NCBI GenBank assembly: GCA_054600435.1
Contig: BAAIJX010000008.1
Location: forward strand, 124,001 to 188,000
Reading direction: 5' to 3'
DNA: 64,000 bases
From: Neophaeotheca triangularis
Taxonomy: Eukaryota
Below, in pieces: positions 22,718 through 31,851 of this stretch. The notes beneath the pieces were generated by a model. The model was not told the DNA's origin. It saw only the letters and a program-made list of their open reading frames with translations, and did no database searches. A program made the position numbers and the translations under genes. Positions within the stretch are counted from its first letter, which is position 1. Every line of letters starts with the position of its first letter.

Positions 22718-23246
22718 GAGGATTTAAAGCCAGATCGGGACCCGGCTAATCAGGAGGAAAATCGGGATTAAAGAGCTCGTTACCGCCTTCCTTAAGCTCG
22801 AGGAGCTCGATGTTACGCTCTTTAACAGCTATAGCCTCTCCCTCCTTCTCCTGCAAACGGTCTATTTGTTTCCGAAGACGCATTTCCTTAGACAGCGAAC
22901 GATTTGCTTCCTCTTAAGCCTCAGCTACCTTTTGCTAAGCAACAACGGACACACACCGAGCCTCTTCTATCGCCTTGCGAAGACGCTCGTGATTACGACG
23001 AAGGCGAGCGAACTCGTTCTCCGTCACTCTTACATCGCAAGAAGAAATGTTTCGCCGTACGTAGGCGGCACACTTTCTAGACCGAATGTGTACCTTGCAC
23101 ACACGACCCGCCTCCCGGCATTGCGTACATTTTCGAACTATGTTAAGAACCGTTCCGTGCGAATCCAGGAAATTGAATAACTCGTGGCGACGAGTAGTGG
23201 AAGACTTCTTTGTTTTAGGCATCGCGTTAATAAAGGAAGATGCCAT
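22626..23246 (-). pseudogene. Antisense ORF of gypsy copy 2: Zn2Cys6-like cluster + coiled coil
   Basis: 207-codon frame; 23129-23037 reads C-TQ-C-REAGRV-C-KVHIRSRK-C-AA-Y-VRRNISS-C; continues past RIP stops as KEMRLRKQIDRLQEKEGEAIAV. Confidence 0.82.
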
Positions 23247-23310
23247 TAACTATGGAACGAAAGACAAGTGGAGAATAAGCTCGGGACGAGCTAGACTAGG
23301 AGGGGGATGG

Positions 23311-23794
23311 TGTTACGAATACTACGCTGCGCCTAGCGTACAATGGGGAATGCTTAGTAGAACCCACGGTCATAGGACAGAGCACATTCAGGTCACGTGA
23401 CATGCTCACCTCTGCTTAGTGCTTACCTTCAACTAAGCACTACTAAGCGACAGAGTAGTGCTTACCTCTGCTTAGTGCTTACCTTCAACTAAGCACTACT
23501 AAGCGACAGAGTAATGCTCACCTCTGCTTAGTGCTTACCTTTAACTAAGCACTACGGAGCGATAGATTACAGCGATTAGAGACACGGATCTCCTTTGTAT
23601 TTAGGTGGCGGTGTTTCCTAGATAGAGATGTGTGTTCAACTCATGTTACAATCTTACTAAAAGGTCTACAGTAACACTTCACGTATCTTTGAAATCCTTA
23701 CGACAAAGGAAACACCCTTGCTAGCCTTCTTCGATATCTCTCCTCTTCCGCTACGAGCTCTAAACCCGTGAGACTACCTTGTAGGATCGTAACA
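23311..23794 (+). repeat. 3' LTR of gypsy copy 2
   Basis: Preceded by the PPT and followed by TSD CGTAG. Confidence 0.97.
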
Positions 23795-25928
23795 CGTAGG
23801 AGCTCGGTAGGTACTACGACTCTATAGTCTCTCTTCCCGTGAACTTAAGGGAACTCATAAAGCATGTTTAGCACACCCGATACTACGCTTAGCCGGGCCT
23901 TTTGCTTCCTAATCTTATAGTTATTCTAGAGGGCTACATACTAGAAGTAGGCGTCTCGAATAATGGGCATATAGACAGCTAAAAAAGCAATGCAATGGCG
24001 AAAGTTGCTAGGCTAGTATTAACCGTCGATAACAAGCCTTTTAAAGTAACTCTTCTACTATTAGCTAATAGCGAGAAAGGATTTTCCCTACTAGACCTCG
24101 ATACGTTAGTTCTATTTGCTAGTACCGTATCGAAAGGCGTCTTCGAAGATAAGAGGCTCTTTATCGTCGCCCCTCTATAGGCTATTTGCAAGGTAATACT
24201 ACGCGTCTACGAGCATGACTGTTTCGGCCCCTTTATTAGAGGTCACTACTTAAGGCATTACGCCCCCGTCGCGAACACTCTAGAGGTACTATGCGCTAAT
24301 AGATACCGACGTACGCGCCGTAATACTAATGTATAGCTAGATCACCTTACGAGAGAAGGCGTTAATATAGCTATACACCTAGATACTATAACTCTCGAAC
24401 TTATATATAGCGTTAATCGACTAGACGTAGTTTAGACTAGGTATGTCTACTGTCCGCACGTGCCGAGTTGTGCGTAGGCGTCTTTCGAAACCGGCCGGAT
24501 TTATCTCTTTCGCGATCCTCTAGAGCCGGTTCCTATATAGGTGTCTAGTTAGCGATCAGTAGGCGATTATGGTGCGAACGACTCGTGTTATCCTATGCAT
24601 GTATTAAGTAGCGAACTCACCTTCCTACTACGTTGTATTTCGAGCGTAGGGTCACATAAAGTGACTCGAGCCCGAGGTCCTTAACCCTTCTACCCTCTAG
24701 TTCTTATGTATAGACATCTCGTGTCCATTACTCTATTGCTACACCGAGCTCTATGTCATCTATATATCTCTTGCGTAGTCCTATTAATGCCCTTAACTTA
24801 GCGATCTACCGTACTACTAAATTACCGTGACCGTCGTGTTTTAGGACTATGGCAATCTCTAGATCCGTGAGGCGCCGCTCACTAAATAACATGTGTAGAC
24901 GCGCGCGCATTGCCTCTATATCTAAGAGAGCGATAATAGGCCGGCGACGGGGTAATTACTATTCTACGACCCTTCTACGGAGACACTTTTAGTTAATAAC
25001 TATACCGTATCGTGTAAGTAAGTGTGCGCGAACGTAGTTATAGGTATAGGAGTTCGTAAGTAACTAAGTGATTTCCTCGCGATAAGGCTCTAGGTCGATC
25101 TTTCGATAGGGTATAGTAGTAGAGAGCTCGACATACTCGGAGGGCGAGAGAATAGTAGTAGAGAGCTCGACACACTCGGAGGGCGAGAGAACTTTAGTAT
25201 GTTAAAGGCAGGATGTAATCCTGTTAGGTACGAAGGTATAGTGGCTTAGTTAGAACAACAATGTCCCTTAGTTAGAACATTAATGGCCTCCGGTTAGGAT
25301 AACAACTTAGAAGCCCATTCCCCTCGATAGCCGCGAGGGATTTGCGGGAAGCATTCCCTTTTAGGAGTCTACCTATTGCCCGGTAATAGGTTAGCATTCC
25401 GGCCCTAGTTAGAACAACAACCTAGAAGCCTAGTAATAGGTTAGCATTCCGGCCCCGGTTAGAACAACAACCTAGAAGCCCGGTAATAGGTCGGTATGCC
25501 ACGCGCTAGTGAGCGGCTATTCCTAGAACAAAAATGTCCCTAGTTAATAACAATGTCCCTTAGTTAGAACAATAACTTAAAAGCCTAGTGATAGGTCAGC
25601 ACGCCACGCGCTAGTAAGCGGCTATTTCTAGAACAAAAATGTCACTAGCTGACAACAATGTCTTCTAGTTAGAACATAAATGCCTACCGGTTAGAACAAT
25701 AACCTAAAAGCCCTATGATTAGTCAAAATAAGACCACGCTAGTAAATGGCGGTTTTTAGAATAGAAACCCTACGGCTTTTTCTAGTTTTTCTTTTCTACC
25801 TAGTTAGAATAACAACTTCCTCTACATATAGAAACGAAGCAGGCATTAAGAAAGAGATAGACTACCTCTACTCCCGTATAGACGGGCCCTACTCTAAACC
25901 CCTCCTCTAAGGGTAAGGTCGAAGATAC

Positions 25929-26245
25929 GGGGTTTACGGACGGTATAGGAGTAGAGGCCCTCGTTGTCGGAGGAGGGGTTTACGGACGGTGTAGGAGTAG
26001 AGGCCCTTGTTGTCGGAGGAGGGTTTACGGACGGTATAGGAGTAGAGGCCCTCGTTGTCGGAGGAGGGGTTTACGGATAGTGTAGGAGTAGAGGCCCTTA
26101 TTGTCGGAGGAGGGTTTACGGACGGTATAGGAGTAGAGGCCCTTGTTATCGGAGGAGGGTTTATAGACGGTGTAGGAGTAGAGGCCCTCGTTATCGGAGG
26201 AGGGGTTTACGGATAGTATAGGAGTAGAGGACCCCGTTATCGAGG
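25929..26245 (+). repeat. Minisatellite, 7 x 45-46 bp (ggtttacggacggtataggagtagaggccctcgttgtcggagga)
   Basis: Units start at 25931, 25977, 26022, 26068, 26113, 26158 and 26204. Confidence 0.95.
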
Positions 26246-26609
26246 AAGCCGACTAGTAAGCCGACTAGTAAGCGAACTCGCCGCCATAAAAGCCTAACAC
26301 GTACGGACTCGCTACCATAATACATAGTCGCCTAGTAGTATGTAGAGCCCCTTACGTAGGCTTAGAGCTAGGATGTAGATAAGGATAAAGTGTAGCGACG
26401 TAGGCAAACGACTAGCTACTATTAGGCGCGTCCTAGCGGAGTACGACGAGGATAGGTCTATATTGTCGGCGGCGACGTCAATTAAGGATACAGTCTGCCT
26501 TAGGGGCGGTAACCTTATAGTTAGCGCTATAGTTAATCATCTAGGCACACCCTACTACCTAAGCGAACTCGCCGCCATAAAAGCCTACTACGAGCGGATA
26601 GTGTCGAGG

Positions 26610-26930
26610 GTCGCTTCTACGTCTAAGCTACGTCTTCATTACCTCTAAGCGCTTACTAGGATTGCTCCTACGTCCTAAGCTACGTCTCTATTGCTCCCTT
26701 AGGCCGTTACTAGGGTTACTCCCTCGGGCGCTTACTAGGATTACTCCTACGTCCTAAGCTACGTCTCTATTGCTCCCTTAGGCCGTTACTAGGGTAGCTC
26801 CCTCGGGCGCTTACTAGGGTTACTCCCTCGTACGCTTACTAGGATTACTTCTACATCCTAAACTACGTCTCTATTACTCCCTAGGGCGCTTACTAGGGTA
26901 GCTCCCTCGGCTCCTTACTAGGATTGCTTC
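26610..26930 (+). repeat. Composite tandem array (cgcttactagg.ttactccctcggg / ctacgtcctaagctacgtctctattgctcc units)
   Basis: Interleaved ~24-30-bp units visible by eye. Confidence 0.8.
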
Positions 26931-27500
26931 CCTATACTAGAGTAGCTCTACTAAACTAAGCTTCCTCTTCTAGAGTAGTCGCTACTATTGCTTTAAGGCG
27001 CGTAAGGCAAGGGCGGCCCGTAATAGGACGCTTACCTCGCTACGAGGCGGACAAGGCGGCGCTGATTTGATAATAGCGGTGTGCTAGGTCTATCATGTCG
27101 ATGTAGACTTTCTAGCCTAAAAGGTATAGACGTACTCGGGGGGGCGAAGCGACTTAGGTCTACTCGATAGAAAGGTAATCCCTAGGGGCTATATCCCCGG
27201 GGGGTAGGGGGGGCGGTAGAAGGTTAGAATAATAATCTCCCTTAGTTAGAACAATAACTTAGGACACCTAAGATTAGTCGACAGGAAACCACGCTAATAA
27301 AGGGCTATATTTAGAACAAAAACCCTACGGCTTTCTTCTACATACTACTATCCTAGTTAGAATAGCAATCTATCCTAGTTAGAACAATAACACATAACGC
27401 TTATGTAGCCGGTTTACGGCATGCTATCTCGCGGCTCCTAACCCTCGACGGTTAAGCGGATCGGTATACCTTTACGGCGTAGTCGTTTGTCGTGGCTCTA

Positions 27501-27650
27501 GGTAATGTTCCTCGTCTTTATCTACGGTAATGTTCCTCGTCTTTATCCGCGGTAATGTTCCTCGTCTTTATCTGCGGTGATATTCCTCGTCTTTATCCGC
27601 GGTAATGTTCCTCGTCTTTATCCGCGGTAATGTTCCTCGTCTTTATCCGC
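27501..27650 (+). repeat. Minisatellite, 6 x 25 bp (ggtaatgttcctcgtctttatccgc)
   Basis: 25-bp period starting at 27501. Confidence 0.95.
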
Positions 27651-27778
27651 GTCGCTCCTAGGGCTTCTAGACCGGTGCGTAGAATAGTGGTGTCGTACCG
27701 TCCCTCCTAGGAGTTTTCTCGTGAGAAGGAAGGTCCGCTAACTCTTATAGTCGCTACGTATTTATCGACGCAGCTTCT

Positions 27779-28185
27779 ATGGTTAGCCGTAGTGTCGGTA
27801 GTGTGTTAATACGTACTTGCGTCTTACGCCGTAGTAACTATCCGTCCTATAGTTAGCCGTAGTGTTAGTAGTATGTTAATGCGTGCTTACGTCTTACGCC
27901 GTGGTAACTGTCCGTCCTATAGTTAGCCGTAGTGTCGGTAGTGTGTTAATACGTGCTTACGTCTTACGCCGTAGTAACTGTCCGTCCTAGAAGTTCTCTC
28001 GTGAGAAGTAAGGTCCGCCGGCTCTCGTAGTCGCTACGTATTCATCGACGTAGCGTCTATAGTTAGCCGTAAGGTCAGTAGTATGTTAATGCGTGCTTAC
28101 GTCTTACGCCGTAGTAACTATCCGTCCTATAGTTAGCCGTAGTGTCGGTAGTGTGTTGATGCGTGCTTACGTCTTGCGCCGTGTA
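27779..28185 (+). repeat. ~70-bp tandem array (~5 units, one interruption)
   Basis: atagttagccgtagtgtcggtagtgtgttaatacgtgcttacgtcttacgccgtagtaactatccgtcct recurs at ~27779, 27849, 27919, 28059 and 28129. Confidence 0.9.
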
Positions 28186-28329
28186 GAAAAGGTTCGAGAT
28201 TATAGAGCGTGACTTTAGCAAATACACGTACCGATGTTATTCTACCTATGAAAGGAGATCGGTAGAATTCGTAAGAAGAGGCTATCCTTTCCATTATAGC
28301 GCGCTTTTATAAAAGGACTAGAAAGGGAA

Positions 28330-28640
28330 TTATTATTCTTACTACAATCCTAGTTGTTATTCCTACTGCAAAATCAGTTGTTATTCTTACTGCAAAATCA
28401 GTTGTTGTTCTTACTACAAAATTAGTTGTTGTTCTTACTACAATCCTAGTTGTTATTCCTACTATAAAATTAGTTGTTGTTCTTACTACAATCCTAGTTG
28501 TTGTTCCTACTACAAAATTAGTTGTTATTCTTACTACAAAATCAGTTGTTGTTCTTACTATAAAATCAGTTGTTGTTCTTACTGCAAAATTAGTTGTTAT
28601 TCTTACTGCAAAATCAGTTGTTGTTCTTACTATAAAACAC
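28330..28640 (-). repeat. Subterminal array, 13 x 24 bp (ttgttgttcttactacaaaatcag)
   Basis: 24-bp period; each unit carries the reverse-oriented AGAACAACAA motif. Confidence 0.95.
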
Positions 28641-28719
28641 GAACCTATGAATCCGGCTAGAATTTTAAGAATTGCTGTGAATAAGATTGTTGTTCTAACT
28701 GTGACACGCCTCTATTAGG

Positions 28720-28859
28720 AACTACAAATCATATTGTTGTTCTACCTACTAATGTGTTGTTGTTCTAACTGCAAAACATGAAATCAAGAATCTATGTTTC
28801 GAGAAATCGGATTTCGGAAAATCATAATATTGTCCCCAAGGTAGGTATGGCCGACAGTC
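28720..28859 (-). repeat. Right terminal inverted repeat of the DNA transposon
   Basis: Ends ...attgtccccaaggtaggtatggccgacagtc, followed by TSD ttgg. Confidence 0.9.
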
Positions 28860-29369
28860 TTGGCTCGCGGACGGTCCGATGACGGCCAGATATATATACA
28901 GTACCATATACCTACCTCATCTTATGCATGTTACCGTTTATTAGACCGATACAGTAGAAAGGCACCTGGGCAGGTTAGGAGCAATCTAAAACACACACAT
29001 TGTGCTTCTGCTTGTTGCTCTTCGTTGTCATCTATTCGCATTGTGTATCCTTATCCTCATCCTTCTGCTCCTAGATTGAAGATGCAGATGCAGCAAGTAG
29101 CAGGCAGGTTTGCTGCTGGCGGTCGCTTCACTCTTATCACTAGTATTAACCGTCACCCGCCTTTGCCATCATCCTCATCATCTTCATCACCACCTGCGCC
29201 ACCTTGACTCCCAACTAGCCGCGCCTTTTCATTCCTCGCGACGGTCAAGAAGCTTCTGAAGCCTTCTACAAACCTCCCGCCACCTACCACCTCTCCTCTA
29301 ACCCGTCCTCCATCGACAGAGCAACCCAAGTCAGTCCAAAAGCAAGCCAGTCAAGCCAGTACAGCCAAA

Positions 29370-31190
29370 ATGGACATCACCAACACTGCTTTCTACCCGC
29401 TCCTGCTGGACATGCTCAGAGACATCTCCAACTCTCACTTTGTCGCTTTCGATCTCGAACTCTCCGGCGTCCCGTCCAAGCAATCCGCATTTGCAGCACA
29501 GAAGCCCGGTACCTCCCCAGGCAAACCCACCTTGCAACAGCGCTATACCGAGACCAAAGAAGCCGCCGAACGCTACCAGATCTTGCAGATCGGTCTCACA
29601 TGCGTGCAACAAGACAAGGAGCACAACAAGTACATTTGCATGCCATACAACTTCAATATCAATCCGGTGGTGCAGGAGAGAGGTCTGGACATTGAGCGTA
29701 TCTTCAGCTTCCAGTCAGGCGCGGTGGAGTTTTTGCTAAAGGTCGGCTTCGACATTGCCAAACCGTTCACAAAGGGCATACCCTATCTCTCGCGAGTGGA
29801 GGCAAGACGGGCGCGGGCAAATGCAGCACGACGAAACGACAAGACAGCGGTGGCGGACATTGCTGTCAAGCCTACAGAGACGGAGACTCTTGCTTTCCTC
29901 GAGAGGGTTCGAGAAGAGGTGTCGGCATGGCACAGATCAAACGGACCGTCCGCGCCCACGTACCTCAACATCGGTCCAGGTGGAACTTCAGAAGGTCAAT
30001 TCGCAGACTCCACGGAAGAACTCAGCCGCTTCGAGAAACGTCTCGTACATCAGCTGGTTCGCGCAGAGTTCCCCGACCTCGTCACAATCAGTAGGAGAGG
30101 CTTCATCCAGATCGTTCAGTACGATCAAGAGCGCGAGGATCGGATCGCCGCAGACAGGAAGAAGGAAGCCAACGAACGCATCAACAAGCAGAAAGGTTTC
30201 AGATGGATCATCGAAGCACTTTTGGGCGGCGATATCTCGGCAATCGATCTCAAAGAATGCGCCAGAGACCCAAACACAGGCAGTCCGATTGCCGCCGACT
30301 TGACGACCTATCGTCGCGAACTCCACGCTGTTCAAAGCCGACTACGCCACAAAGCTACCGTTATGGTTGGCCACAATTGCTTCCTTGATCTTGTCTACTT
30401 GTACCACCATTTTCTCGGACCCCTCCCAGAGAAGGTCGAGGACTTCCAACGCCTCATCCACGACTACTGGCCAATCGTCGTCGATACCAAGTATATGGCA
30501 ACTCACAACTGCGGGTCGATCAACCCCGCATCCTCGCTCGAGCAAATCGCCTCGCAGCTGAGCGAGGAAAAAGAGCCTGTTCTGGAATTGAGCCCAAACC
30601 ACGATGCCTACGAAAAAGTCGAATCCTTCCACGAAGCCGGCTACGACAGCTGGTTGACAAGCCAAATCGCCGTCCGTCTGAGCGCAAAACTGGAGAGAGA
30701 AGGCGCCTACATTGAAACCGAGGGCGGCGAAGAGGAAGCCAGTGGGGGAGAAGAGTTTGGTCAGGGGGGCGTTAGCCTGAATTCCAGCTCGGACCAAAAG
30801 AAGACGGCATCAGGCACGCAGAACAGCATCGTTGGGGGCGTGAAGAATTTGCTCTCCCCTCTCACAAACGGCTGGGCTACCACAGCACCGCCACAGGAAG
30901 AGGAGCCCTGGGTCCCCTCTGCCGAATCTGATCGCAGTGCTTGGAAGCGCAAAGGTGGGGATCCTTCCATCGTCGGCGCGGAAGCTACAATCGACGGACC
31001 CGACGAAACTCCTGTTGTGCCGAAGGAGTTCGAGACTGAGACGATCGAGGGGGGCATGCCGAAATGGAATAGTGATTTTTGGAGGGTCTATGGTAATCGG
31101 TTTAGAGTGTTTGGGACTGAGGAAGGGGAGTGTGTATTTGGGAGGATTGACGGCGACGATGGAGGTGTGAAAGGGGAGAAGAAGGGTTGA
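29370..31190 (+). CDS. CAF1-family DEDD ribonuclease (PARN-like deadenylase)
   Basis: 606 aa; FVAFDLELSG, YQILQIGL, VGHNCFLDL, VDTKY and HEAGYDS motifs; R3H-like FEKRLVHQLV segment. Confidence 0.92.
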   Translation: MDITNTAFYPLLLDMLRDISNSHFVAFDLELSGVPSKQSAFAAQKPGTSPGKPTLQQRYTETKEAAERYQILQIGLTCVQQDKEHNKYICMPYNFNINPVVQERGLDIERIFSFQSGAVEFLLKVGFDIAKPFTKGIPYLSRVEARRARANAARRNDKTAVADIAVKPTETETLAFLERVREEVSAWHRSNGPSAPTYLNIGPGGTSEGQFADSTEELSRFEKRLVHQLVRAEFPDLVTISRRGFIQIVQYDQEREDRIAADRKKEANERINKQKGFRWIIEALLGGDISAIDLKECARDPNTGSPIAADLTTYRRELHAVQSRLRHKATVMVGHNCFLDLVYLYHHFLGPLPEKVEDFQRLIHDYWPIVVDTKYMATHNCGSINPASSLEQIASQLSEEKEPVLELSPNHDAYEKVESFHEAGYDSWLTSQIAVRLSAKLEREGAYIETEGGEEEASGGEEFGQGGVSLNSSSDQKKTASGTQNSIVGGVKNLLSPLTNGWATTAPPQEEEPWVPSAESDRSAWKRKGGDPSIVGAEATIDGPDETPVVPKEFETETIEGGMPKWNSDFWRVYGNRFRVFGTEEGECVFGRIDGDDGGVKGEKKG

Positions 31191-31814
31191 AGGAGGGGGT
31201 GGTGATGCAAGAGCAGTGGCAGTGATGGGAAGAGAGACAGTACCGTTGCTGCGGACAGCACGCATGATTGCACACGTGATATGATACCCAGGTGACCCGG
31301 CATCGGATGGGATGCATCTCCATCAGTTGGCTGAAAGAGGCAGCTCGTCAACATTTGACAATCTAGCTAGAGCTGCGACGCCGTATATCAACTACGACCG
31401 TCCACTCGATGAAGTTGAAACCTCTTTTCCGTTCTTCTCCCTCGCCTCCACTCCATCCCCAATCCCTCCTCCGCCTCCGCACCCTCCTACAGCTCCCTAA
31501 CCCCCCTCTCCCCCGCCCAAACCGCTCTCCCTAACCAATCAAACCCACCACGCAAAACATCCTCCCTTGCCCCCGCCCTACCCCAGGCCACTCACAAGAC
31601 CCAGCCAGCTAGCCAGCCAGCCAGCCCTTAGCAGAACTCCAGCAGCCAAAAATCTGAATAAAACGAGCCCTACAACCCCTTCCCTCCCCCGCCGCTCGCA
31701 AAAAGCCGGGCTCCCGACCGAGTCGTGCAGCCGGCCGGCTGGCTAGCTGGATTGCTTGGCGGCTTTTTCGCTGTCGTGGAAGGGGGGAGTAAAGGTCTTA
31801 TTCTTTTACTCGAA

Positions 31815-31851
<37 letters not shown>

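Larger units (their letters stand above)
16522..23794 (+). mobile_element. Ty3/gypsy chromovirus LTR retrotransposon, copy 2, full length, RIP-inactivated
   Basis: 484-bp LTRs (16522-17005, 23311-23794) with TG...CA ends; TSD CGTAG (16517-16521, 23795-23799); PPT AGGAGGGGGATGG at 23298-23310. Confidence 0.97.
16109..25114 (-). pseudogene. IS3EU-type DDE transposase (Clr5-like HTH N-terminus + integrase core), split by gypsy copy 2 and RIP-degraded
   Basis: From ~25114: (M)PYRKIDLEPYREEIT...CLRRRVVE(W). Intron 24620-24533. Core after reverting RIP: P(G)(P)NYV(W)SI(D)...(G)I(Q)VY(G)(C)I(D)AFSRKVI(W)LYI...VTS(D)KGAET...YGTSK(Q)N(Q)RIE.(W)(W)...AVYMPIIR...(W)NN(H)KIRKQ. The frame resumes left of the retroelement at 16521, with intron 16487-16425 and I(D)AYLP.ATFD(W)(C). 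Confidence 0.85.
2422..28859 (-). mobile_element. Large TIR DNA transposon with IS3EU-type DDE transposase, RIP-inactivated; ~11.9 kb after removing two nested LTR elements
   Basis: Left end GACTGTCGGCCATACTTACCTTCGGGACAAT vs reverse complement of right end GACTGTCGGCCATACCTACCTTGGGGACAAT (29/31), with weaker similarity over ~130 bp. TTGG is duplicated at 2418-2421 and 28860-28863. TpA-rich composition lies between these ends, and there is an internal transposase relic. Confidence 0.9.

Noticed and set aside
22626..23246. env-like third ORF in the retrotransposons
   Set aside because: Antisense, with no signal peptide or TM helix; it has a Cys6 + coiled-coil pattern instead.
23979..24191. 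Short ORFs 23995-24180 (+) and 23979-24191 (-)
   Set aside because: Off-frame or antisense shadows of the RIP-broken transposase.
24900..24960. RecQ helicase motif VI-like (QExGRAGRDG) on the plus strand
   Set aside because: Poor match with no other helicase motifs; the region is explained by the minus-strand transposase N-terminus.
25929..28640. CRISPR-like arrays
   Set aside because: Head-to-tail tandem units without unique spacers, in eukaryotic DNA with no cas genes.
2422..28859. Starship or Helitron identity for the large insertion
   Set aside because: No tyrosine-recombinase captain or Rep/helicase motifs seen; TIRs, a TSD and a DDE transposase are present instead.
28860..29207. 115-aa ORF abutting the right TIR
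   Set aside because: TTG start in the TSD, low complexity; probably promoter/5' UTR of the nuclease gene.
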